Shown here piece by piece: positions 1 through 9,305 of a stretch of DNA of 64,000 bases (position 1 is the first letter of the stretch; every line of letters starts with the position of its first letter). The position numbers were made by a program, and so were the translations under genes. The stretch is from Candidatus Zhuqueibacterota bacterium. GTDB lineage: Bacteria > Zhuqueibacterota > Zhuqueibacteria > Thermofontimicrobiales > Thermofontimicrobiaceae. Where the stretch lies: the NCBI GenBank assembly GCA_049322915.1, contig JBMOPW010000036.1:32001-96000 (forward strand). The letters are read 5' to 3'. The notes under the pieces were generated by a model. That model did no database searches. It saw only the letters and a list, made by a program, of their open reading frames with translations, and was not told where the DNA came from.

Positions 1-569
1 TTCTCGTAGTCGCCCAATTTCTGGGCCAGTTCCCATTTCACCGTGGAATAGGTCAAATCGACGCCGCCGCTCATGCTGCCGGCAGCGATGTAATTTTCCG
101 GATGGCGAAACGCCAGGTACAGGCTGCCGTGTCCGCCCATGCTCAGCCCGGTAATGGCGCGTCCCTGTTTGGTCGCAACAGTGGGGTAACGCGCATCGAT
201 CCAGTCCATCAATTCCTTTCCGACAAACGTTTCGTATTGGCTGGTCGGGTCGGCTTCGCTGTCCAGATACCAGCTATTGGTCGAGCCATCCGGGCAAACG
301 ATGATGACCTGATATTTTTCCGCAGCCGCGCCCAGATCGGCATTCTGGCTCCAGTCCTGGTAATGGCCGCTGTGGCCGTGCAGGAGATAGACGACGGGAA
401 ATTTGTGGTCGCTATTCCGGACGGCATCCGGCAGCACGACAATGGCCGGGATATGCTTGTTCATTTTTTGACTGGGCACGGACACTTTTTCAGTGATCGC
501 TGCCTGACTGCCAGCATGCACCAGCAACAGAAACAGGACAATGCAGTAATGGAGTCGAATTTTTTTCAT
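1..569 (-). CDS. Secreted alpha/beta-hydrolase esterase (3' end runs off the window)
   Basis: Manual translation: MKKIRLHYCIVLFLLLVHAGSQA signal peptide, FPVVYLLHG, and nucleophile motif RAITGLSMGGHG; GAGGGG RBS upstream. Absent from the ORF track because it has no stop in the window. Confidence 0.85.
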   Translation of the reverse strand, partial: MKKIRLHYCIVLFLLLVHAGSQAAITEKVSVPSQKMNKHIPAIVVLPDAVRNSDHKFPVVYLLHGHSGHYQDWSQNADLGAAAEKYQVIIVCPDGSTNSWYLDSEADPTSQYETFVGKELMDWIDARYPTVATKQGRAITGLSMGGHGSLYLAFRHPENYIAAGSMSGGVDLTYSTVKWELAQKLGDYE

Positions 570-687
570 GATGAAATTCCCCTCGCTGAATATGTTGGTT
601 TGAATGAAACGCCGGACAAAGGGTTCTTCGAAATCTGGGTGCTTACGATTCCGCACGCTTTTCCGCATGGGTCAATGGGCGCGAAAT

Positions 688-3600
688 CTATTTCAATTCC
701 CTGATCCTGATATTTCGAAATTCCAGATAGGCGCCATGACCGAGAAAGCCGATATGCCCGCTGGAGCGATTGAGCCCGGGATGATCCCGGTTATCCGGCG
801 TGCCGTTTTTGCTGGCTTCATCGATATTGGCGTCCACTATAATGGCGCCGTTGAGTTTCACGGTGATGTTGCGCCCATCCGCAATCACTTCCTGGGAATT
901 CCATTCCCCGACCGGATTCAGAAATTCGCGTCTGGCCGGAACCACGCCGTAAATAGATCCGTGGTACTGGTACGGCTGCAAATCTTTGTAAACCGGCGCT
1001 GTGTTGTCGAGTATCTGCAATTCCATCCCGACGTAGGCCGCATCGCCTTGCAGCGGCGCGCGGATTCCCAAACCATTATTCGCGCCCGGCGTGAGCTTGA
1101 ATTCGAAACGGAAGATGAAATTATCGTATTCGCCGGCCGTGAACAGGTTGCCGCCTTTGTCCGGGTAAATGATGATTTTCCCATCGCGAACTGAGTAGCC
1201 CGAAGTATCGCCGACCCAGCCGGTTAGATCGCTGCCGTTGAACAGTTGCACAAATCCTTCGGCTTTTTCCTGAGCGGATAACTCTGTTACGCCGCCTTCG
1301 GGCAGAATCTCGCGGATGTAAATTTCCCGGAAGAAGAGCTGGCTGTTGTGCGCCTGCAATTCAATCTGACCCACCGGGTAGATTGGCGTGTCGCGTTCCC
1401 AGTAATTTTCCATGACGACATTGTCGACGACGAGCACCCCGTTCAGATGAACCGTCACCCGTTCGCCGATCATTTTGATACGGAATGTGTTCCATTCGCC
1501 AATGGGATTATCCGCGCAGCGCAGCGGTTTGCCGGGATGCACCTGGTTGTTGTAAAGTCCGCCGGAGCCTTCGGGCCATTGGGCCGGATCCCAAATTTGC
1601 ACCTGCGGCGAGCCGCGAAGGTAAATGCCGCTATCGCCGAACTTGCCTATTTTCCAATCCACGAACATCTCAAAATCAGCGTAATCTTTGGCCGTGCACA
1701 GGCTGTGACCATGACCGTCAAATTCCAGAATGCCGGCGACCACTTTCCAGTGTTCGCGCATGACGGAATCGGCTTCGACCTGTTTTTTGGCTAATTCCTC
1801 CGGACTCATTTCAGCGCGGGCTTTGGGGTCTCCCACCAGCCCTTTCCAGCCGGTCAGGTCCTTGCCGTTGAACAGCGGGACGAAACCGGATTGACCTAAA
1901 ATTTCCCGCGTATATTTTTCGATGCGCTCCTGCTCGTAATTGCTTTGAATGAGATGGGCCGCCTGTTTGAGGGTTGTAACAATGGCCGGGCTGCGCAGGC
2001 CGGCGCTGAACGGGCCTGGCAGTGCAATCCGTTCGGCGGCGAACGCAGCCTGGTCACAGAGCGCACTGTCGCCGAAGAATCCGGCAACGAGTTCCAGCGC
2101 TTCCGCGGTTGGAATTTCCGCCAGGCCGCGGAGCACAATGGCTTTGTCGTCCGTCGAATTGACGGAGGAAAGCGCGTCCCGCAGCATCGCCAATTTGATA
2201 TCGGACGTCAGCTCCGAGGTTTTGACAAGCCGAACATAACCGCTCACGGCCCGGGTGCGGTGCGCCGGCGTCTTCGCCGTGCGGATGAGATAGAGCAATT
2301 CCGGCGTTGCCGGGAATTCCGGCCAATCGGCCAGCGCGTCAATCGCAGCCGTCCGATGGTTCGCATGTTTGCTCCGCGTTTCCTGAATCACAAGATTGAG
2401 CGCAGCCTCGCCGCCGAGTCGCGCCAGCGGGAGGATCAATCGCGGACGCAGTTCAGTCGGCGCCTGTTGCAACCGATCCCGAAGCAGCGCGGATCGCTCT
2501 TCTTTTCCCTCAATCTGCAACGCGGCAGTGACCACGGCGTCGTGCGCCATTTGAATGTCAGCGCTGTCGCTCACGGCTAAAAGCAGGTCGGTCAGCCGCG
2601 GCAGGTCGCGCTCCGTGGCCAGGCGCTGCATGGCGGTGATGGCAGCGAGCCGGATCGTATCGTTGGGGCATGCGGTCTGGGCAAAGACGAGATCTGCGCG
2701 GTCCATGGCGCGTCGTTCAGCCAGAATTTCGAGCAGCGCCACCCGCGCGAGCGTTGGCATATCCAGCAAGGCGTTGGCCGAGGCAGTAACGGCCGGCGCC
2801 GCATCGAGCCGGAGCAGCGCCGATTTCACAGCAGCCACTTCATTCGGAGCGTTGTTTTTCAATACAGGAATCAGGTCCTGAATGATCTGGCTCCGGCCCA
2901 ATTTCGAGGCTGCCGGAATGGCCGCGACCCGGATGATCGCGTCGTCATCCCGGAGCGCATCGCGGACAGCGGGGAGCGCCGACGCATCGCCGCGATCTCC
3001 CAGCATGGCAATCATCTCCGCCTTTCGCTCGCCGTCGACGGCCGCCAGTTTTTCAAGCCAGCGCGCCGTGGCGTCCGGGCCGGTGATCGCTCCGGCCAGT
3101 TCCAGGGCATGGCAGCGGACGTCTTTGCAATCGCTATCCATGGCGGCCAATAAGTCAGGGAAAGCGTTTTTGCCTGTAACGGCGACCAGCGCCGAGAGAG
3201 CCGCGCACTGAATCCCGCTTTCGTGCGGCGCGGTATAGTTTTTCATCACGCTGTGACACATGGCTGCGCCCAATTCATTGCGCCCGTTTTCGCCCAGCCG
3301 CCGGGCATACAGCAAATAGCGGGCTGCCGCGGTCGTTCGCTCGAAGGACGTCGAGGCCAGCGCCACAGTCCCGAGGAGTTCAGCCGAGGACGGATGCCCG
3401 ATGTTGGCCAACGCGTCGCAGGCCACCTGTCGCAGGCGCGAGTCCTCGCTGGAGGCGAATGGAGCGATTTTCGCGGCGGCCTTCCGGCTCCGAAGCTGCC
3501 CCAATCCATTGATGAGGGTGATAAGCGTCGGCGCATGGCCGGGATCGAGCGATTTCAGCAGCGCGGTTTCCGCAGCCGGGGTGCCGATGGCCACCAGCGC

Positions 3601-4059
3601 CCGGGCGGCCGGTTCGCACAACGGGTCGTGCTGGAGAAAGTTGCTGAGCGGTTTCACCGCCTCGTTCCTGCCGACAAGCTGCACCTGGCTGATGAGAAAC
3701 GCAGCGACCTCAACCGGCGGATTGGACTCCAGCGCTTTGATGAGCGTTTTTGAATACATCACGCGTTCAGTTTCAGCCCCGGCCCGATGAACATACATGG
3801 AGAGACCATCCAGCGCGAACTGAACGCGGGAATTGTCCCCGCGCTCCGATGGGGTGAGCATGGCGCAAATGCGGGCAATTCCCCGGGGGCCCAATTGCAT
3901 GATACCGGCGGCGAGCTGATCGCGCTCGCTGATGGAATCCGCCGGGAATTGGGCGACCAGTTCCAGGGCTTTTGTTTCCAGCGTCTTCACAGCATCGCCG
4001 GACAATGCAACATTCGCGAATAAAAAGACCATCAGTAAAATTCGATTGATATGGTTCAT
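688..4059 (-). CDS. Secreted HEAT/PBS-lyase repeat protein with two C-terminal DUF1080 (3-keto-glycoside lyase/hydrolase) domains
   Basis: Signal peptide; about 700 aa of Ala/Leu helical repeats; two copies of LFNGxDLTGW...(G)DSG/NNG...GEWN...GxIxL/F...FRxIxIREI/L. Confidence 0.88.
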   Translation of the reverse strand: MNHINRILLMVFLFANVALSGDAVKTLETKALELVAQFPADSISERDQLAAGIMQLGPRGIARICAMLTPSERGDNSRVQFALDGLSMYVHRAGAETERVMYSKTLIKALESNPPVEVAAFLISQVQLVGRNEAVKPLSNFLQHDPLCEPAARALVAIGTPAAETALLKSLDPGHAPTLITLINGLGQLRSRKAAAKIAPFASSEDSRLRQVACDALANIGHPSSAELLGTVALASTSFERTTAAARYLLYARRLGENGRNELGAAMCHSVMKNYTAPHESGIQCAALSALVAVTGKNAFPDLLAAMDSDCKDVRCHALELAGAITGPDATARWLEKLAAVDGERKAEMIAMLGDRGDASALPAVRDALRDDDAIIRVAAIPAASKLGRSQIIQDLIPVLKNNAPNEVAAVKSALLRLDAAPAVTASANALLDMPTLARVALLEILAERRAMDRADLVFAQTACPNDTIRLAAITAMQRLATERDLPRLTDLLLAVSDSADIQMAHDAVVTAALQIEGKEERSALLRDRLQQAPTELRPRLILPLARLGGEAALNLVIQETRSKHANHRTAAIDALADWPEFPATPELLYLIRTAKTPAHRTRAVSGYVRLVKTSELTSDIKLAMLRDALSSVNSTDDKAIVLRGLAEIPTAEALELVAGFFGDSALCDQAAFAAERIALPGPFSAGLRSPAIVTTLKQAAHLIQSNYEQERIEKYTREILGQSGFVPLFNGKDLTGWKGLVGDPKARAEMSPEELAKKQVEADSVMREHWKVVAGILEFDGHGHSLCTAKDYADFEMFVDWKIGKFGDSGIYLRGSPQVQIWDPAQWPEGSGGLYNNQVHPGKPLRCADNPIGEWNTFRIKMIGERVTVHLNGVLVVDNVVMENYWERDTPIYPVGQIELQAHNSQLFFREIYIREILPEGGVTELSAQEKAEGFVQLFNGSDLTGWVGDTSGYSVRDGKIIIYPDKGGNLFTAGEYDNFIFRFEFKLTPGANNGLGIRAPLQGDAAYVGMELQILDNTAPVYKDLQPYQYHGSIYGVVPARREFLNPVGEWNSQEVIADGRNITVKLNGAIIVDANIDEASKNGTPDNRDHPGLNRSSGHIGFLGHGAYLEFRNIRIRELK

Positions 4060-4203
4060 AATTTCCTCACAGGAAAAAGTGATGCGCCGGGTCGTGTGTC
4101 ACGAAATCCCGGCATGACGGCTGAACCGTCGCGCGGATTTTTTTCAATTCGGACGAAAAAAGTATGACCTCAACGGACAGTTCAAAATTCAGGGATGATC
4201 CCA

Positions 4204-5487
4204 TTACAAATGCCAGGGCGCGCGCATGGGCTGATTCACGAAACGGTTGGCTTCATCGTCGTTGATGAATCGCTGCGCGATCGGGTCGAATTGCAACGGC
4301 CGTCCCACCTGCACCGCGGTTTTGCTGATATTGACAATGGTGCAGGAGCGGTGTCCGTTGGCTTCGTTCAGGGCGAATTTTTTTCGGGTGCGAACCGCGT
4401 CGATGAAATCAGTGATCTGCGGCTCCGGATCAGGGAACGAGGCCAGCGTTTTTTCCAGATTTGGTATATCCGATTTGAAGCCGGGGTAGAGCCTGCCGTT
4501 TGGCCCGGCGAGGAACGGCGCGTTTTTATCCTTATTCTCGCCGTCGAGAATGATCTTGCAGCCGTCGACGTATTTCAATTCGATGCGGCGCCAGGAGCCG
4601 CAGGCGTCCGGATGTTGCTGGGGGTAATCCACTTCGACTGCCACCGGGCTGGTGTCATCCTTGCCTATAATGTACTGCACCGGATCCAGATAATGCATGC
4701 CCATATCGCCGAGGCCGCCGCCGTCGTAATCCCAGTAGCCGCGGAATGTGGCGTGGACGCGATGGGGGTGATACGGCTTGTACGGCGCCGGCCCGAGCCA
4801 GAAATCGTAATCCAGAGTATCCGGCGTCGGCTGCGGCAGCAGATGGGTTTCGCCGCTCCAGTAGAATTTCCAGTCAAAGCCGGTGACGCCGCTGACCGTG
4901 GCGGTCAATGGCCAACCCAGGAGTCCGCTGAGGACCAGCTTTTTGATGGGTTTCACCGGGGCGCCAAAGCCATAAAAAATATCGCTGAACCGGAACCATG
5001 TGTTGAGCCGGAAAATTCGGCCATTTCGCTGAACCGCTTCCACCAGTTTTTGCCCCTCGCCAATCGTGCGCGTCATGGGCTTTTCGCACCAGATGTCCTT
5101 GCCGGCCTCGGCAGCGGCAATGGCAATGAGCGCGTGCCAGTGCGGCGGCGTGGCAATGTGCACAATATCAATGTCCTGCCGGGCAAGCACATCGCGGAAA
5201 TCCTTGTAGCCCTTGACATCCGGCCCGGCGATGTCCATGGCCTTTTTCAAATGTACCGCATCGACGTCGCACACCGCCAATAATTTCGTGCCGCCATAAT
5301 CGAAATGGCCTAAGCCCATGCCGCCGACGCCGATGATGGCTTTGGTCAGAATATCACTTGGCGCGACGTATCCAATGCCGCCTAACACGCTGCGCGGCAC
5401 AATGGTGAAGGCAGCCGCCGCCAGCGTCGAGCGCTTGATAAATTCGCGGCGGTTCAATCCATTTAAATCGTTCATCGCATGCTCCAT
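4204..5487 (-). CDS. Tat-exported Gfo/Idh/MocA oxidoreductase
   Basis: NRREFIK twin-arginine signal, IIGVGGMG, IATPPHWH, CEKPM, GGLGDMGMHYLD. Confidence 0.92.
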   Translation of the reverse strand: MEHAMNDLNGLNRREFIKRSTLAAAAFTIVPRSVLGGIGYVAPSDILTKAIIGVGGMGLGHFDYGGTKLLAVCDVDAVHLKKAMDIAGPDVKGYKDFRDVLARQDIDIVHIATPPHWHALIAIAAAEAGKDIWCEKPMTRTIGEGQKLVEAVQRNGRIFRLNTWFRFSDIFYGFGAPVKPIKKLVLSGLLGWPLTATVSGVTGFDWKFYWSGETHLLPQPTPDTLDYDFWLGPAPYKPYHPHRVHATFRGYWDYDGGGLGDMGMHYLDPVQYIIGKDDTSPVAVEVDYPQQHPDACGSWRRIELKYVDGCKIILDGENKDKNAPFLAGPNGRLYPGFKSDIPNLEKTLASFPDPEPQITDFIDAVRTRKKFALNEANGHRSCTIVNISKTAVQVGRPLQFDPIAQRFINDDEANRFVNQPMRAPWHL

Positions 5488-5617
5488 TGGTTATTTCAAA
5501 ATTTCGGGGGCTTCCATTGAATGCGCCCGATCCTGAAAATCGGTTGCGCCCGCGGCAACCATCTCATCGAGCGATCTGTTGCTCGATTCAGTCGGAACAA
5601 TTTTTTTTCCAACACAC

Positions 5618-6298
5618 TCAAAGCGGTCGAACGCGAATATTCCGATACCAGACTTCTTCGCCGTGGTGTTGCAGCGCGATGTGCCCGATTTTCACTTTTC
5701 CGAACGAAGGCAAATCCTTGAATTTACTATCGGCGATCAGGGCGCTTAGCGTGTCGCTGCCCAGGGTATATTCCACGATTTTAACGCCGTTCAACCAGTG
5801 CTCGGCATGATTGTCTTTCACCACCAGCCGCGCTTTATTGAATTCCCCCACCGGCTGAAGCGCCTTATTTTGCGGCGCAATGAGCGCATAAAGGGAGCCG
5901 GCCGACGTCTTCGGATTCTGTCCGTCGTGATGCAGATTGTCGTCCAATACCTGCATCTCCACGCCGGACTGCCAGACGCTATTGTCCTGTTCAGACACGC
6001 CGAAGAAGATGCCGCTGTTCCCGCCGGGCGATACCTTCCATTCCAGTTCCAGTTCGAAATTGCTGAACTGGTCTTTGGTGATGATATCCACGGCATCGCC
6101 GCCAACGATGGTTTTCAGCGCGCCATCTTCAATTTTCCAGCCTTCGGTCGGAAAAGTATCCCGATGAAACGCCCGCCAGGCGTCGGTCGAATTTCCGTCG
6201 AAAAGAATGGTCCAATTATCGTGCGCTGTCTTCTGCCCGCAGCTTGACAGAACGATAATTAAAAGGAAAAATAGGATTGATGTTTTCAGGTATGTCAT
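5618..6298 (-). CDS. DUF1080 lipoprotein (3-keto-glycoside lyase-like)
   Basis: Start moved to MTYLK (GGAG RBS); lipobox LSSC; LFDG..W, GGNSGIF, EMQVLD, GHIALQHHG, YRNIRVR. Confidence 0.88.
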   Translation of the reverse strand: MTYLKTSILFFLLIIVLSSCGQKTAHDNWTILFDGNSTDAWRAFHRDTFPTEGWKIEDGALKTIVGGDAVDIITKDQFSNFELELEWKVSPGGNSGIFFGVSEQDNSVWQSGVEMQVLDDNLHHDGQNPKTSAGSLYALIAPQNKALQPVGEFNKARLVVKDNHAEHWLNGVKIVEYTLGSDTLSALIADSKFKDLPSFGKVKIGHIALQHHGEEVWYRNIRVRPL

Positions 6299-6374
6299 GT
6301 TTTCTCCGGTTTTTTTTGAAAATTGAATGGTCAGTTTTGAACGGCAAACGGTGAATTGCCAATGATTGTACCAA

Positions 6375-7217
6375 CTACCTCTCACCAACAATACTTCGGA
6401 TGTATTCCAATCCCTTTTGAATGGAAGGCTCCGGATGATAGATTTCGTCCTGATTTTCATGCTCGATGGATAAATATCCGTCATAATTCTGCCGCGTCAG
6501 TTCGAGCAGCACGTCGTGAATGTTGGCTTTGCCGGAACCAAATGGGACGTCCCGGGCGTCTTTCACGCCGAACGCATCGAGGTCCTTCAAATGGACATTG
6601 GTGATGCGACCAGTCAGCAATCGCAGCGCCGCGATCGGCTCGACGCCGGTGCGGAGCCAGTGGCCGGTGTCGGCGCAGGCGCCAATCCGCGCGTCCAATC
6701 CGTTCACATGCCGTAGCACCGTGTCCGGGTAGGCGTATTTCGACGGAACCGGATGATTGTGAATGGCGATTCGGATATCATATTCCCTGACCATTTTTTC
6801 GATGAGGGAAAAGTCGTCAAATGCCGGCTCCGTGCAGATGGTTTTGATGCCCATGGTTTTGGCAAAATCAAACACCGCGCGCATACCCGCTTCGGTGTTA
6901 TCGAATTCCACAACGCCATAGCTCACCAGTTGCAGTCCGTGTTCGTTCAGCTTCTGCTTGACCCGTTCGATCTGTTCGTGGTTGAGTGCGTGGTCGAATT
7001 TGATGTCGCATTGAGCGCTGTCCAGGATTTGCCCGGGATAGGCCTCGAGGTATCGAATGCCCAGGGATTGCGCTTTTTCCAGCGTTTGCAGAAATGAATA
7101 TTTGTTGAAGGTCCAGCATTGCATGGCAATGGGGAAGTCTTTGATTTTAACTTCCTTTGTACAGAGCGTTGTAAACGTTACAATCATTATTAATAATAGA
7201 AAGGAAAATTTTTTCAT
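6375..7217 (-). CDS. Sugar-phosphate isomerase/epimerase (xylose-isomerase-like TIM barrel), exported
   Basis: Signal peptide; IAIHNH, DTGHW, HLKD, LSIEHE metal ligands. Confidence 0.85.
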   Translation of the reverse strand: MKKFSFLLLIMIVTFTTLCTKEVKIKDFPIAMQCWTFNKYSFLQTLEKAQSLGIRYLEAYPGQILDSAQCDIKFDHALNHEQIERVKQKLNEHGLQLVSYGVVEFDNTEAGMRAVFDFAKTMGIKTICTEPAFDDFSLIEKMVREYDIRIAIHNHPVPSKYAYPDTVLRHVNGLDARIGACADTGHWLRTGVEPIAALRLLTGRITNVHLKDLDAFGVKDARDVPFGSGKANIHDVLLELTRQNYDGYLSIEHENQDEIYHPEPSIQKGLEYIRSIVGER

Positions 7218-7351
7218 ATTGATTCCTGGTTTTTATTATGGCATGATGCGCCTGATGTGATGACAATATTTGGAAATGAAGCACAAAACTTTTGTGAAAT
7301 GTTACTTTGAAATTTTGGTTTACATACTCTTTCCAAACACAAAGGTCCCAA

Positions 7352-7511
7352 CCTGAATTATTCATGAACTTGCTCAGAATTTGAGTCAACATTTAGATTT
7401 TCAATTAGCTAAAGGCTAAGCTATTTTGAAACTCAGTTTTATACGTTTATTCTAAAAAGAGCACCATTCAGGTTAGCCAGCCTCCTTTAAAAATACTATG
7501 AATAACGCAGG
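7352..7511. mobile_element. 160-bp MITE, copy 1
   Basis: TIR CCTGAATTATTCAT / ATGAATAACGCAGG; 4-bp flanking duplication CCAA; near-identical copy at 52660..52820. Confidence 0.9.
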
Positions 7512-7678
7512 CCAACGAAGTCACAAAGTTCACCACGGTTTGTTTAAATAAAATGAAAATAGGTTAGTCAATTCTGAAATTTGATGTCTTCTTCATTTTT
7601 ATTTTAGTGTCCTTTGTGTGACCTTTGAGCGCTTTGTGGTAAATTTTAATTTTGCATATCGAATGGAATAAAGAAATC

Positions 7679-7740
7679 GGGTAGATCAGAGACCTCGGCC
7701 ACTGACTTCTGTCACAGCGGCAGAGGCCGCTTTGCTACCC
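7679..7740. repeat. REP-like imperfect palindrome downstream of the oxidoreductase
   Basis: GGGTAG..ACCTCGGCCACTG / CAGCGGCAGAGGCC..CTACCC arms. Confidence 0.45.
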
Positions 7741-7759
7741 AATAGTTATCCGACGTCAA

Positions 7760-9010
7760 TCAACGCTTCAGTGGATTCCACGTACCTTTGGCCACGGCCG
7801 GGATGAAGGTATCGAGATCCGGCGGCGGGAACGGGATGGTTTTTCCCTGTTCAGCGCTCATGTAGGCTGTCATCAGGAGTTCGGTGACATTCACGCCATC
7901 GCTGAAATTTTCCTCCGGACGCTGGCCGGCCAGGAACGACTGAACCATGTGCCGGTTTTCGATGTCATAGCCGTATTCGTTCTCTTCGTTACTGATGACC
8001 GGCATCAGTCCCATTTCCGCATTTTGTTTCTCGATCATGTCTTCGCCGGATTTGCCCAGGATATTCCGGCTGAAAAACATTTTCAGCGGTGTATCCAGCG
8101 TGTTGATGGCCAGCGAATATTCCGGCCCCAATAATTCCATGCTCAACCGAAGTCCGGCGCCCACAAAGCACCACGATGTAGTCGTTTCCACGACGAGCTT
8201 CTGGCCCTTTTCATCGCGGTATTCGATGAGCGAACGGGCGAAATCCTCGGCCGGGCGATTGAGGTAATCGGTCTTGCCGCCGCTGTTATCCGCTAAAATT
8301 TTAGCATAATCCGGCTGCTGCCATTTCAGGCACGATGTGTACGCATTCACGCTGATGGGCGTCAACACGTTTCGGTCAGCGCCGGGCGGAGTGAGCATGA
8401 ATCGCGCTTCCTCCACGGAATGGCACATCATGTCGTTGAGCACGCCGCCGCCCTGGAGTTCGCCTTCCCAGAACCAGGGCATGTGGGGACCGCTGTGTTC
8501 TTCGGCGGCGCGGGCGAGATAGGGCCGGCCGGTCAGCGCAGCGCCGCGCGACCAGATAATGTTTTTCCCCCGAATCACTGTGGGCGAAAAAACCTGGTTT
8601 TCCAGATAGCCATCCAGCAGATTCGCCTCGCGGGCCAGCTTCAGCATGGCTTTGGCCTCGCGGACATTTCGCCCCAATGGCTTTTCGCAGGTCACGCCAA
8701 TCAATTCGCCTTTCCCGCTTTTTACGGCGTGGACAATCTCTTCCATCACTTCCAGCCGCGTGAAGTTGGGCGAGCAAATCCAGATGGCGCCGATATTCGG
8801 GTCTGCCACCATTTCAGTGATGGATTTGTAGGCTTTAGCCTCGCCCACATTAAGTTGCCGCGCTAATGCGGCTGCTTCGTTTGCCGTGTCTGTATTTTTA
8901 TCAACAATTCCAAGTACATCGGCGTCGCGCACAGCCACCCACGAGCGGATGTGAAACCGCGCGATGAATCCGCCGCCAATAAAACCGACGCCCAATCTCT
9001 TTTTTGCCAT
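7760..9010 (-). CDS. Cytoplasmic Gfo/Idh/MocA oxidoreductase
   Basis: GFIGGGFIA, CSPNFTR, CEKPLG, GGGVLNDMMCH; start MAKKR after GGAGG. Confidence 0.9.
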   Translation of the reverse strand: MAKKRLGVGFIGGGFIARFHIRSWVAVRDADVLGIVDKNTDTANEAAALARQLNVGEAKAYKSITEMVADPNIGAIWICSPNFTRLEVMEEIVHAVKSGKGELIGVTCEKPLGRNVREAKAMLKLAREANLLDGYLENQVFSPTVIRGKNIIWSRGAALTGRPYLARAAEEHSGPHMPWFWEGELQGGGVLNDMMCHSVEEARFMLTPPGADRNVLTPISVNAYTSCLKWQQPDYAKILADNSGGKTDYLNRPAEDFARSLIEYRDEKGQKLVVETTTSWCFVGAGLRLSMELLGPEYSLAINTLDTPLKMFFSRNILGKSGEDMIEKQNAEMGLMPVISNEENEYGYDIENRHMVQSFLAGQRPEENFSDGVNVTELLMTAYMSAEQGKTIPFPPPDLDTFIPAVAKGTWNPLKR

Positions 9011-9157
9011 GTTGACCTCCATGAACTATGTGGTGATAGGTGAATTGTGAATGGTGGTTTTCTCAAAACTATCACAATTCCAATTCACAATTCAAAATTG
9101 ATCGTTATCAATTGACAATTTTTTAGTGCACAATATAATCTTCGATTAACCTTTTTG

Positions 9158-9305
9158 GTAGCCGTTCACAGGTTCCAGGTTCAGCGTTCCCTGTTGGGAT
9201 TTTGGATATGGTTGCGCGAAACATTTTTTATGCTCAACTTCTCTGCCATCAACTGTGCGTTATCATTCACCTTAAACCCTGAACGATGAACCTGTGATCG
9301 GTTAA
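9158..9305. mobile_element. GTAAC-ended short palindromic element (about 148 bp), copy A
   Basis: TIR GTAGCCGTTCACAGGTTC / GAACCTGTGATCGGTTAA; 8-bp direct repeat CCTTTTTG on both sides; homologous to 42442..42562. Confidence 0.8.

Noticed and set aside
4195..5283. 362-aa plus-strand ORF (also 102..704 and 11059..12210)
   Set aside because: Antisense shadows of well-supported minus-strand genes; no motifs
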